This document shows, in pieces, positions 1 through 9,520 of a DNA stretch of 64,000 nucleotides (the stretch's first letter is position 1; every line of letters begins with the position of its first letter). Origin of the DNA: Candidatus Woesebacteria bacterium (GTDB taxonomy: Bacteria > Patescibacteriota > Microgenomatia > UBA8517); contig CP066693.1 of assembly GCA_016432525.1 (NCBI GenBank), forward strand, positions 352,815 to 416,814, read 5' to 3'. The notes under the pieces were generated by a model, which saw only the letters and a program-made list of their open reading frames with translations, was not told the DNA's origin and searched no databases. A program made the translations under genes and the position numbers.

Positions 1-419
1 CTATCCAAAGACCGGTTAAAAAAAATGTTGCTTTTGTTTTTGTTTGATTCAAAATATCAACAATTCTTTTATCATAAGAAGCAGCTACTTTACCTGAAAC
101 CAAATCTGCCTTCATTCCATCAGTCATTTCAGCATCAAATGTTATGGCTATTTGTTTTTTATCGCGAGATCCATGGAAAATAACTTTTTCGCTTGGATTT
201 GTGCCTTCAACAGTTCTATTATCATAAGGGCTTCCACGCTCAACATACATCGCATTTTCTGTTTGAGGTAAAACTATAGTTGTAGTTTGTTTAGAGGGAA
301 TTTTAGAAACTGCAACTTGGATTTGTTTATAAAGTAGAGAATTAAGAAGAGTAAAAGTTATAAATGCAGAAACAGAAATTATAAAAATTGTATAAATAAA
401 ATGACGAGTTATATCTCAT
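1..419 (-). CDS. Polysaccharide deacetylase (NodB/CE4) family protein, 3'-partial at the window edge, with an apparent frameshift after codon 6
   Basis: Minus-strand frame is open from 415 to 1 and encodes ...HFIYTIFIISVSAFITFTLL (TM anchor)...FHGSRDKKQIAITFDAEMTDGM...KATFFLTGLWI, typical NodB motifs. The ATG at 419-417 is in the +1 frame (MRYNSS) and joins the body only if one T is removed from the T4 run at 398-401. The next in-frame ATG is at 250-248. Confidence 0.55.
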
Positions 420-427
420 AAAAAAGG

Positions 428-480
428 CCAGCCAATTTTCAATCTCTAATTTCGAGAATAAAAACTGCTGGCCAATGTGA
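428..480 (-). terminator. Rho-independent terminator downstream of the 794-aa gene
   Basis: On the minus strand GGCCAGC...GCTGGCC is an inverted repeat with an internally structured loop, followed by TTTTTTT. Confidence 0.5.
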
Positions 481-490
481 TACTTAGGGA

Positions 491-2875
491 CTACACCCAA
501 GGAAGTCCACGAACATACAACTGTTCGTAGTTGACCCTAGGCCGACGTCCAGTGCGGATAGCGTTAAGCATTTCCTCGCTGTCCCTTTTTGTTCCAATGT
601 AGAAACAAGGATCGATCTCCAACATCGGGGGTTTTCCTTGTCCCTGTTTCAGAAACTCTACAATTGCACGCCAAAAACCAATGAGCGGTGCTTGAAAACC
701 AGTTTGATAGAACTCAAACCGAACTGGTTTATTGAGACGATAGATGTCGCCAAGTTTCCGCCGAGTGATCTGATAACAAAGCTCGTCCACTTCAGCGCTT
801 GTCATTCCAGGCTGGGACACTTCAATGTTTCTGAACCAATACTGGTGAACCATTGAATCCATTTCTGGATGGCGCATCGAGATCATTCCCATCCGAATTG
901 GAGGTTGGCTTCTAAGCTGCTGCATATCAATGTCATTTCTTGGCTTCAGAACAAACAACTGAAATGGTCGTGCCTGTGATCCGTCTGTATAGACAATGTT
1001 TACTGCAATTTCGTGAGTTACATCCTTGGGTGGGCGTTCATAGACCATCTGACGAAGAGCCTTTGTGGCAATCATATGTGGAACCTCACTTAAGTTCACT
1101 CCATTAGCTTGTCCACGACGGCTTGAGCTTACTGCTCGCCAGAGATGCTTCACCACAATTTCATCGAAAGGCAAATTGCCATAATCGTTAATCCAGTCTG
1201 GAACAAACTGCCCAATAAAAGCTCTGGTGAGTTGTTCAACTGGAACCACTGTTTGTCCGACTGACTGAGTTTGTTGTGCATGTTTGTTTTGCACTGCAAT
1301 TACGACCTGGCCTTGTTGTTGCGCCTGTTCTAAAAACTGCAGTTTAAGCAGATTTTCGTGTTGAGGCATCCAAAACATTGGCAACAATCTCGTACTTCTT
1401 GCTTTCTCTGGAGATTGAATCCAAAGATTCGCAAGAACCGATAAAGTAAATTGGTCCAAAACAATACTTTCGTATTGTCCGGAGGCAAGTGCCTGATGTG
1501 CCAGAAATTGTATCCTGTCACAGACTAAATGGTAACGAGCGCGAACGTTGTGTTTGTTCACACCACGCCTAAGTTCGTATTCATCGTAGACTGCTTGTTC
1601 AGTTAGTTGAGATAACAGAAGTCGCCCAATCTGCAAGTTACGAGGAACAGCCACGAGCCTAATTTCGGTTGAATTGAAATCAAGCTTTGAAATAACTGCT
1701 TTGATCTGCTCACGTTCTTCGCCACTTCCTACATCATGTCGCATGGTTTCGCATTCGCGAAGCCGTCTCATTACTTCTGTATCCAACAAAGCAACGCTTT
1801 CAGGACAAATCATGAGTGTCACACCAATTTGTAAGAGTGCTTTTCGATAGCGCTCCAATTCTTGCTCTGATATTTCCAATACATTGCGTGGAACAAGCAA
1901 GAAAAAGTGTGTCGGCTTGTCAGCATAGGCTTGTTTAAGCGATTGCAGTGCATGTGCGTCAGTTTTGATGTAATACACAAAATCCGCCCAATCGCGCGCG
2001 CGAACCATAACTACTATCCGCTCTCCAGCTTGAACCACCAAATTACGATTTACGGTCCATGGAATGGGAGTTTCTTCCCTTGTTTCATAGATTTTTGCAA
2101 AATAGCGCGGGTCAAAGCCGATTGAGATATAACGTTCTGTTTCCTCAAGATCAGTGACCTTCCCGTCTTCTCCTATTATCTCTTTGAGTTTCAGAGTGCG
2201 GTCAAGTATTCCTCCCAAGACAATGTCTCGAGTACGCAAGACCACATCCTGATAAAGCAGATATTCTTCCGGCGTGATTTTGCCCAAAAGAATGTTCTCT
2301 GGAAATTCAGCCCCAAGCAAGAGAGATTCCATCTCCTCTTTTGTGTAGGTAAGATGATGAACCATATAGCAAACCCGCTCAGGAGAGACTTTGTCAGCCA
2401 AAGATAACTCCATTGCGCGCTGCGCTGCTTCAGGACTAAATTCCGTGAGTGCCAAGTATAGAAGCCTAGCTTCTTTTGGTGTAATGACGCCTAAGTCTAT
2501 ATGCTCCTGTTTCAGAAATACTCTGTATTCCTCTGCCATAAGAACAATGGCCGCAGGAACACTACCGCCCTCGACGTTTTTGGCAAACCTAAACCCCATC
2601 GAGGAACCACTTTTATAAGCTTGAGAAAGGATGTAAATAGTAGCAAATTTCGTTCCGCTCCAACCAGAAATAGCATCTGGATCGTAAGTCAGGAACACGT
2701 CTACTTCCATCACATTGTCTTTCTCCTGAAGCCTAGCAACTACCTTGAAAAGAATAACATCCCGAATTGCATGTCTAACAGGACGCCAATCCTTATCTCG
2801 AGGTGCTTTGCCAATGGAGCTAAACTGCTTGGTGAATCTCTCCAAATGCTGATCAAACAGTGCTAAAGCATCCAT
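491..2875 (-). CDS. Large hypothetical protein (794 aa), no recognisable catalytic or NTP-binding motif; G+C-rich island gene
   Basis: Long uninterrupted ORF with an AAGGAG Shine-Dalgarno before the ATG. No Walker A, HEPN or PD-(D/E)xK signature seen by eye. Internal repeat-like segments LVPRNVLEISEQELERY and AVPRNLQIGRLLLSQL. Much higher G+C than the flanks. Confidence 0.6.
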   Translation of the reverse strand: MDALALFDQHLERFTKQFSSIGKAPRDKDWRPVRHAIRDVILFKVVARLQEKDNVMEVDVFLTYDPDAISGWSGTKFATIYILSQAYKSGSSMGFRFAKNVEGGSVPAAIVLMAEEYRVFLKQEHIDLGVITPKEARLLYLALTEFSPEAAQRAMELSLADKVSPERVCYMVHHLTYTKEEMESLLLGAEFPENILLGKITPEEYLLYQDVVLRTRDIVLGGILDRTLKLKEIIGEDGKVTDLEETERYISIGFDPRYFAKIYETREETPIPWTVNRNLVVQAGERIVVMVRARDWADFVYYIKTDAHALQSLKQAYADKPTHFFLLVPRNVLEISEQELERYRKALLQIGVTLMICPESVALLDTEVMRRLRECETMRHDVGSGEEREQIKAVISKLDFNSTEIRLVAVPRNLQIGRLLLSQLTEQAVYDEYELRRGVNKHNVRARYHLVCDRIQFLAHQALASGQYESIVLDQFTLSVLANLWIQSPEKARSTRLLPMFWMPQHENLLKLQFLEQAQQQGQVVIAVQNKHAQQTQSVGQTVVPVEQLTRAFIGQFVPDWINDYGNLPFDEIVVKHLWRAVSSSRRGQANGVNLSEVPHMIATKALRQMVYERPPKDVTHEIAVNIVYTDGSQARPFQLFVLKPRNDIDMQQLRSQPPIRMGMISMRHPEMDSMVHQYWFRNIEVSQPGMTSAEVDELCYQITRRKLGDIYRLNKPVRFEFYQTGFQAPLIGFWRAIVEFLKQGQGKPPMLEIDPCFYIGTKRDSEEMLNAIRTGRRPRVNYEQLYVRGLPWV

Positions 2876-2981
2876 TTCGGATCTCCTTGTATCTAATTGT
2901 TAACGTACGAGAATGCTCTTTATGAGCTGAGGAATTATATCCTATATTTAATAAAATTGAAAACAGGTACGAAGGAACTAT

Positions 2982-4262
2982 TTACTTATCTAGGGATTCA
3001 CTCAGTACTTTTACTTGAGCAATTGTTTGGGACAAAGTGCTAAATGGGTGGAAAGTCATGTGTTTTTTTATTAAGTACGTATAATTTTTTGTCTGTTTAG
3101 CTATGGGAAAGAGATGATTAAAAGTTACGGCATAAAGTTTAGGTAAATCCTGATCTGGGTTTTCATAAGCTTCTATTAAAAAGGCGATATCAGCTATGTT
3201 ATTCAATACATCAGCCACTCTAGCTCGATAGACCTCGGGTGATAATTTTTTTAGTAGCTTGAATTCAATCCAGTATGGGTTAAACTCAATTGAGTCTATC
3301 CACTTTGAGTCTGAGTTCCAATTTGTTTCAAAGGATTTCAAGTCGCCAATAATATCACCTAATTCATGGATTAGTTCAACAATCTGTTGACGGCGATTAA
3401 CTTTCTTGTTAATGACTACATCAAAACTGTCTATTTCTTTGACATAATATGCTTGTGAGTTTCTATCTGCTAATTTAATTTTTATTCTATCCTTGAACTT
3501 ATCTAAAATAGGATATTCTCGAACCACAAAGTCTAAGACTCCATTAGGAAAAGTAAACTCAGGAAAATTTGGCAATAAACTAAGAAAGCCGTGCTTCCAC
3601 TGATTGTTAAACTGTGAATAAAACCAATTTGGAAGTTTAATTTCAGGGATTTGTTTTTGGCAGTAATTTATTACTTTTTCTCTATTGTCAAGAAAATATT
3701 GATAGTCTACTCTGTTTCCAGCCGACCTGTCAGTTTGATTTTTAAAACCTTTAGTTTTAGCCAGCTGATTACGAGACTTTACTAGATTGACATACCTTGG
3801 CTTTAATCCTTCAAATATTGGCAGGTAATCTTTAAGTATTTGAGCTTCGGCATCAGTTGCAACTCTTTTATCTAATTCATTCCAAATATCTACAATATTG
3901 AGGGTCTTCTCATTTAACCATTTGTCGTTTTCATTTGGCTCTGGCAAAACTTTCTCCATATATTCACTTTGAACCTTAATGTTTCTGTTCATTGCTTTTC
4001 TGTATTGTTCGTCTTTTTCCTCTAGTTCTCTTACAATTACTCCTATATTAGAGTTATATTCATTAAAAACAACGGCAGCATTAACCCAAAATGATACATA
4101 AGAAAATAGGCTTCGAGTCTTAGGACTTGGGAGCTTTTTAAAATTCTCTTCTGCATCATGAGCCGCTTTTTTAACAACTTCCATCAGAACATCAAGATCA
4201 ACCCGCTCATAATGTGCGGGTAACCCTTTACATATTATTTCTAACTGTGTTTTGCTAAACAT
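2982..4262 (-). CDS. Hypothetical protein (426 aa), low-G+C gene embedded in the high-G+C island
   Basis: Clean ATG-initiated ORF (MFSKTQLEIICKGLPAHYERVD...). K/N/E-rich composition like the host backbone. No known motif recognised. Confidence 0.55.
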   Translation of the reverse strand: MFSKTQLEIICKGLPAHYERVDLDVLMEVVKKAAHDAEENFKKLPSPKTRSLFSYVSFWVNAAVVFNEYNSNIGVIVRELEEKDEQYRKAMNRNIKVQSEYMEKVLPEPNENDKWLNEKTLNIVDIWNELDKRVATDAEAQILKDYLPIFEGLKPRYVNLVKSRNQLAKTKGFKNQTDRSAGNRVDYQYFLDNREKVINYCQKQIPEIKLPNWFYSQFNNQWKHGFLSLLPNFPEFTFPNGVLDFVVREYPILDKFKDRIKIKLADRNSQAYYVKEIDSFDVVINKKVNRRQQIVELIHELGDIIGDLKSFETNWNSDSKWIDSIEFNPYWIEFKLLKKLSPEVYRARVADVLNNIADIAFLIEAYENPDQDLPKLYAVTFNHLFPIAKQTKNYTYLIKKHMTFHPFSTLSQTIAQVKVLSESLDK

Positions 4263-4306
4263 ATTCGTATTTTACTTATTTTTTTACCTTTTCACAACAA
4301 AAGCCA

Positions 4307-4339
4307 GAGAAGGGGCAAAATGAACCAATACCCCTTCTC
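4307..4339 (-). terminator. Rho-independent terminator after the 182-aa gene
   Basis: GAGAAGGGG (4307-4315) pairs with CCCCTTCTC (4331-4339), a perfect 9-bp stem, followed on the minus strand by a T-rich tract (plus-strand aaaagcc). Confidence 0.5.
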
Positions 4340-4349
4340 CTTTGGGCGA

Positions 4350-4898
4350 TTACACCCTTGAACGGTCAATCTCAAAGTCAGGAGCAAACTTTGGATCCTG
4401 TGGACAGTTACCTCGCGTTATCGGATTTGAAACTTCTTCTCCTCTCTGATTCGCGATTATCACTTCCTCCACGCTTCTGTGCGGAATCCCCTCATTATCT
4501 ACAAACTGCAATTTGGTTCCAAAGATCATAGGCGTGAAATTGTGATTTGGCATTACAGGTACTACCTCACCATTAGGTCGACATTGGAAGGCCTTGACTG
4601 TATTGTCGTTATAAATCAACAGATTCACTCTGCCTTCAGGTATCATCCGAGTATCCGTACCTACGATGGTCTTCCCTGTATCAAGTTTGTCTTCCAGGGT
4701 CTGCATTGATTGCCAAAAATTGTCTCGATCAGCACTGAACTGTCTTGCAAGTTCGATCTCCGCTTTGTTCTGCGAAAGTTCGCCTTTAACACATGCCTCG
4801 ACAGTTTTATCTATTACTCCCCCTGCTTGTGCTTGGTATTCCCTCGCTGCTTCGTTGATTCCAGCGTTTTCTTTGACATTTCCGTCTTTGACACACAC
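4350..4898 (-). CDS. Hypothetical protein (182 aa), divergent from the helicase gene
   Basis: ORF with a GTG start (MCVKDGNVKENAGINEAAREYQAQAGG...). G+C-rich. Shares the 160-bp intergenic region with the helicase. No known motif. Confidence 0.5.
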   Translation of the reverse strand: MCVKDGNVKENAGINEAAREYQAQAGGVIDKTVEACVKGELSQNKAEIELARQFSADRDNFWQSMQTLEDKLDTGKTIVGTDTRMIPEGRVNLLIYNDNTVKAFQCRPNGEVVPVMPNHNFTPMIFGTKLQFVDNEGIPHRSVEEVIIANQRGEEVSNPITRGNCPQDPKFAPDFEIDRSRV

Positions 4899-5059
4899 AG
4901 ACCTTCTCCTTCTGACTCAATCTGACAAAGAACTTCCTTTCGGAATATTAAATTATACACTATGAGCTCATTTTGTGCTATCATACTGGCTATGCTTTTA
5001 CCGTGTAAACGGAAAAGCGCACATTAACAGTTGGGTTATTTAATACAAAGGAGTAAGAA

Positions 5060-8000
5060 ATGACTCGCGAATGGCAAGCGCCATGTAAGTGGCCAGGTTG
5101 TACGAATAAGATTGGCTACTCTGACTGTTCGTATCGCAATTCTCTTCAATATGGATTCTCAAGACCTGAATACTGTGAGAAACACCAAGAAGAAGAACAA
5201 AGGATGAGAAAGGGTGTAGCTACTCCGTATTTTCGTATACCTCGATTTATCGGTGAGATTCAACCTGGACCTCTGGGTCATATTAAACGCTCAGAAAAAA
5301 GGGTACACATCTCAACAGATAAAGCGAGCAAGTTTGATAAGTCTCGTTTTGGAGTAACTGAGGAAGATATCTACAGGATAGCTACTTGGTTTAAAGACCC
5401 TAATCATCGAGTACTTGTGGCTACAGGAGCAACAGGAGCAGGCAAAACAATTGCAGTACCCTATTGGTTCCTATATCCACCGCAGAAAATTGTGGATGAT
5501 TTCGGATCCGATTACTTCACACGGGATGGCCAAATTCTCCTAACGGAACCTCGAATTATCGCCTTAAAGAAAGCGATAACGTTCCTTGGGGAATTGATGG
5601 GTTCATCAATTGGAAGAGGTCAAGATCTTGGCTATTCATACAGTCAAGAGGACAAATCGGATTGGCGAAATGCAATCGATTTCACAACTGACGGAAAGTT
5701 GGTTAATTGGATCGTTGCAGGGAAAATCAGCCAATATGGATTTATCATCGTAGATGAGGCACATGAAGGTTCTGAGAACATCAAGATCATATTGCGACTA
5801 CTAAACGAGCGGATGAGTCTCTACCCTAACTTGAAAGTTGTAATCCTGAGTGCGACGATTGACACTGAAGAATTTCAGCGATATTTCGCAGGTCAAGGAG
5901 CCTCAATAATCGAGTTTGCAGGTAAGGCAAGGTACGACAGTAAAGGTAATGAAATATTACCCCCAGTTCGACACTTTACAACGCAAGACGAGAGCCTTCC
6001 TTATGAAGATCCCACAAAACTGGCTAAACCTCTAATGCAGAAAGCAAAAGAGAAAGCCCAGTGGCTGGTTGAAGAAATTGTGTCTGGAAGAAAAGAATGG
6101 GGAGATATTCTCATACTTCTTCACGGCAAAAATCCGATCAATCAGTTGGTCAAGGACCTTCAAGCGTGGGCTGGACAAGAAGAAAATCTGTCTCGCATTG
6201 TTGAGGTTTACCCTCTCTATCGTACAGAAAATGATGAGGAAGACCTCACTGCTGTGGCTGATGAAGATCCCTCCCCAGGGAAAATTCGCATAATTGTTTC
6301 GACAAATATCGCCGAGGCATCAGTAACAATTGATAGCCTTGTATATGAAATCGAAACAGGAGTTCAAATTCAGCCACAATTCAAAGCTGAAATAGGTGCC
6401 AACGAATATCCTGTGACTCTCATTAGCCGTGCTAACGCTACACAGCGTTTTGGCAGAGTGGGACGTACTAAAAACGGAGAGGTGTACACGCTCTATACAG
6501 AGCAACAGTTTAACGAGTTGTTTAGAGAGCAACCTCTCGATGTACTGGAGCGCTCAAACTTGGAAGATGTTCTTCTCAAAGTTAAAGCGGCAGGTATCTC
6601 AAATGTTCAAACGGGCTGGTTAGGTAACGCACCTAAGGAGGAAATTGATCGTTCAACTAAACAATTGGTCGACTCAAACATTCTCACTGCAGAAGGGTCA
6701 TTAACATCATATGGCGCACTAGTGCGAATATTTTCGTATCCACCAAGGCTCATTGATATGTTGATGGCTGCTGATGATTTAGGTTGCTCGGTGGAAATGG
6801 CTACGATTTTGCCGGTCATCAAGAATGACGGAACTCGTAGACTTTTGTCTTGGAGATTCAGTTGGGACGCTTATACAAAGCGAATTGCTTTCAAGCGTCA
6901 TAGCGCTCTTATGGCTGGATGCAAGGACGATATGGAGTTTATACTCAAGCTTTACAAAGCTTGGGGTGAGCTTCCTTGGCTAGACCAAAACCAGTTAAGA
7001 GAGCTTTCAAAGGAAGAACTTAACACTCTGAGGAAACAGTGGGCAGATATTCACTTTGTTAATCACAAAGTGTTGCTCGTTATCGCGAAAGACAGAGATG
7101 AAGCTCTCGAACGCCTAGGTGTTAGCACCAAAGAGGAAGGCTCGAGATCGATTAATCTGTCACAGATTAGCCGTGTACGAACTCTTTTGCGGTCAATGCT
7201 AACAGAAACAGAGGTTAGTGCAGCTTCAAATCCATATCGGTATGTTGCAGATATTGAACCACAGGCAGGAACACTTGCTACTTGCAGTCTGATTTCAGAC
7301 GAACAAAGAGCAGTAAAGTCTGATTCTTGGCTTGAAATTCCTGCTTTGGAAGAAGAGACCGATGGAACATTCTCACGTTTTTTCATCGATCAGGTATATC
7401 CAGTGGGCTATCGGTTTGCAGCTAAGTTGGAGCAGCAAGGAGATGGATTCGCGTGGATTAAAACCACAAGAAACCTTACCCGAGCTCAAGCTCTGGCTCA
7501 ACAAACTGTCACTCTCGCTGAAGAAGAACCGGAGGATTTACTTGAAGATGAGATCCTAGAGGTAGAAGAACCAGAAGAAGCTTCAGGCATATCACTGGCT
7601 GATATTCCGATTCAATACTGGAATGTTGATTGCAAACAAGCAGTTCGCACGGCAAGCTCACTCGTAGGAGAGGTCATTGTTGAAATAACAGATTTCTACT
7701 TCGAAGAAGGGCAAGTGCCAGTTGTGATAGCAGAAGTTGTTCCTCAACCGGAACCGTTTGATGTATTTGTCAAACGGCATCGTTATAGCGATGAAGTCAC
7801 AGTAGAAGTAAGAGAAATCTTGCAGTTTGAAGGAGACTACTCTGCGGCCTTAGTTGTGCGTGATATTGAAACCAATCTTGAGGTTCTTGTTGAACCACAA
7901 GATATGAGCTTTACTCGTCAAGCACAGGCTGTAACTCAGATACCAGTGGGCGCTCGCCTAATTCTTAATGTCGAAAATATCGACCTTGAGACACGTCGGG

Positions 8001-9286
8001 TTCGATTGACGAACTGGGAAAAAGTCGAAAATACAATCACCGACCGCTTTATCACTACTGAAGGGGATGATGAGACCACTATTGCGAAAGCTACAGTAGT
8101 CGATATTCACGATGACGGCAAAGTCATGTTTGCTCTTGACCTTGGTCAAGCAACACTTGATATCTGCATCATCATATCGGTATATGGGATTAAGCTTCCC
8201 AAAAACTCAAGCGAATTTAAAATTGGAGAGCAAGCAACACTGAAAGTGTACCGTCGATCAAAAGCAAGCTCGTATGCAGATCTCCCTTCTCTTCCTTCGA
8301 AAGCTGTTTCGAAAATCAGCTCTGAGGAAAGACCAAACGAACTTTCGTGGAAACGAGGAGTGCTACGGTTTACAGGAAGAATGACATACGACAGACTCTA
8401 TGAGTTTAGAACAATTGCAGACAGGGATCTTGACTTCCAAAGGGCTTTAGAGAAACTGTACTGGCATTCAAATTTTGTGTACGCTGCACAATTCGTTGAC
8501 AGTGAGTTGTTTACCCATTTGCAAACAACTCTTGCGGTCGGTACTACTATCAACAACGCTATAGTTGTTGAAATAAACAACGGCGGAGTTGTTGTCGAAT
8601 TGGGTCGAGGACTCAAAGGATTTGTGCCCAGAAGCAAAATTATGGAAGGTCGTGGAAACCTCATCGACTTTGTCACTGTCGGTTCCACTGTACAGGTAAG
8701 GGTGCTTGAACATCGCATCGAACGGGCTCAACCTTTACTTGAAATCATTGGTGGAATTGTAAATCCACTTGAACAGCTTGTTGTTGGACGTACATACAAA
8801 GGCATTGTCGAAGAAGTCAATCAAAACGGAGTCTTTGTTAACTTGTCGCCGACAATCACTGGTCGTGTGAAGCACAATGAAGTTTATCGTGGAGGTACTA
8901 AAACAGAGGATTTGTTCAAGGCTGGAGACAATGTAATCGTGAAGGTTCTTTCTGTTCATCCCAGCAGACATAGCGTTGAACTCAGCATGAAAATTCCTGA
9001 ATACGATCCATCGGCAAAACTCAAGCAAGGGGCCATCGTTGAAGGAATTGTAGCAAGCCAACAAAGCTATGGATACTTTATTACCATAGCCATGGGTATC
9101 GATGGACTATTGCGTCACGAAAACATTCCAGAAGTAAGCACTGGTTTTCTTGGATTAGGCGGAAAAGCTAAGCCCAACATTGCAGTTGGTATGAAACTAC
9201 AAGTCAAAATCATCGCGATCGGTCCAGACCGCAAAAATCCAGCCAAAACCGTCTATGGTTTGGAGTATGTTCGTCAATTGAAGTAA
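5060..9286 (+). CDS. DEAH/RHA-family (HrpA-like) RNA helicase with N-terminal zinc ribbon, acidic linker and tandem C-terminal S1 RNA-binding domains (1408 aa)
   Basis: Motifs in order: Walker A GATGAGKT, motif II IVDEAHE, motif III SAT, motif V TNIAEASVTI, motif VI QRFGRVGR. WH/HA2-like segment YGALVRIFSYPPRLIDMLMAADDLGCSVEMATILPVI. N-terminal CKWPGC...CSYRN...CEKH. Acidic stretch EEEPEDLLEDEILEVEEPEE. Two S1-like OB folds (GRTYKGIVEEVNQNGVFVNLSPTITGRVKHNEV and GAIVEGIVASQQSYGYFITIAMGIDGLLRHENI). Strong SD aaaggag before the ATG. Confidence 0.8.
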   Translation: MTREWQAPCKWPGCTNKIGYSDCSYRNSLQYGFSRPEYCEKHQEEEQRMRKGVATPYFRIPRFIGEIQPGPLGHIKRSEKRVHISTDKASKFDKSRFGVTEEDIYRIATWFKDPNHRVLVATGATGAGKTIAVPYWFLYPPQKIVDDFGSDYFTRDGQILLTEPRIIALKKAITFLGELMGSSIGRGQDLGYSYSQEDKSDWRNAIDFTTDGKLVNWIVAGKISQYGFIIVDEAHEGSENIKIILRLLNERMSLYPNLKVVILSATIDTEEFQRYFAGQGASIIEFAGKARYDSKGNEILPPVRHFTTQDESLPYEDPTKLAKPLMQKAKEKAQWLVEEIVSGRKEWGDILILLHGKNPINQLVKDLQAWAGQEENLSRIVEVYPLYRTENDEEDLTAVADEDPSPGKIRIIVSTNIAEASVTIDSLVYEIETGVQIQPQFKAEIGANEYPVTLISRANATQRFGRVGRTKNGEVYTLYTEQQFNELFREQPLDVLERSNLEDVLLKVKAAGISNVQTGWLGNAPKEEIDRSTKQLVDSNILTAEGSLTSYGALVRIFSYPPRLIDMLMAADDLGCSVEMATILPVIKNDGTRRLLSWRFSWDAYTKRIAFKRHSALMAGCKDDMEFILKLYKAWGELPWLDQNQLRELSKEELNTLRKQWADIHFVNHKVLLVIAKDRDEALERLGVSTKEEGSRSINLSQISRVRTLLRSMLTETEVSAASNPYRYVADIEPQAGTLATCSLISDEQRAVKSDSWLEIPALEEETDGTFSRFFIDQVYPVGYRFAAKLEQQGDGFAWIKTTRNLTRAQALAQQTVTLAEEEPEDLLEDEILEVEEPEEASGISLADIPIQYWNVDCKQAVRTASSLVGEVIVEITDFYFEEGQVPVVIAEVVPQPEPFDVFVKRHRYSDEVTVEVREILQFEGDYSAALVVRDIETNLEVLVEPQDMSFTRQAQAVTQIPVGARLILNVENIDLETRRVRLTNWEKVENTITDRFITTEGDDETTIAKATVVDIHDDGKVMFALDLGQATLDICIIISVYGIKLPKNSSEFKIGEQATLKVYRRSKASSYADLPSLPSKAVSKISSEERPNELSWKRGVLRFTGRMTYDRLYEFRTIADRDLDFQRALEKLYWHSNFVYAAQFVDSELFTHLQTTLAVGTTINNAIVVEINNGGVVVELGRGLKGFVPRSKIMEGRGNLIDFVTVGSTVQVRVLEHRIERAQPLLEIIGGIVNPLEQLVVGRTYKGIVEEVNQNGVFVNLSPTITGRVKHNEVYRGGTKTEDLFKAGDNVIVKVLSVHPSRHSVELSMKIPEYDPSAKLKQGAIVEGIVASQQSYGYFITIAMGIDGLLRHENIPEVSTGFLGLGGKAKPNIAVGMKLQVKIIAIGPDRKNPAKTVYGLEYVRQLK

Positions 9287-9299
9287 CCCAGCTAGTTTC

Positions 9300-9320
9300 A
9301 CAGGTAGGCCCTGTTTTTTT
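9300..9320 (+). terminator. Putative rho-independent terminator after the helicase gene
   Basis: ACAGG-TAGGC-CCTGT stem-loop followed by TTTTTTT. A longer alternative pairing AGGCCCTG...CAGGGCTT is also possible. Confidence 0.4.
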
Positions 9321-9520
9321 AGATCAATATGATTCTAAAGAGCAGGGCTTTTCTATTTCTAAAATGGTTGTTGTGCAACTCTTAGAGGAAGTTAATCTTA
9401 TTTTTTATCAATACCCTCCAAATAACTACATAGTTGCTTCAAGGTTCGAATCCAAACTTACGGGTTAACACGGGCTAGAACGGATTAGTGCCATTCCGTC
9501 AATGGCTATAGGATATTTAG

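Noticed and set aside
638-2866. Several 60-120-aa ORFs on the plus strand inside the 794-aa gene (638-856, 1907-2125, 2391-2618, 2501-2866)
   Set aside because: They are shadow ORFs antisense to or inside a long continuous gene, with biased low-complexity composition and no motifs.
6069-9064. Many short ORFs on both strands within the helicase gene (e.g. 6069-6293, 7063-7386, 8398-8718, 8735-9064)
   Set aside because: They are nested in a 1408-aa ORF with continuous conserved helicase and S1 motifs, so they are frame artefacts.
9436-9470. Possible second tRNA or pseudo-tRNA around GGTTCGAATCC at 9446
   Set aside because: No 5-bp T-stem or acceptor pairing can be formed on either strand, so it is only a T-loop-like 11-mer (kept as a low-interest note).
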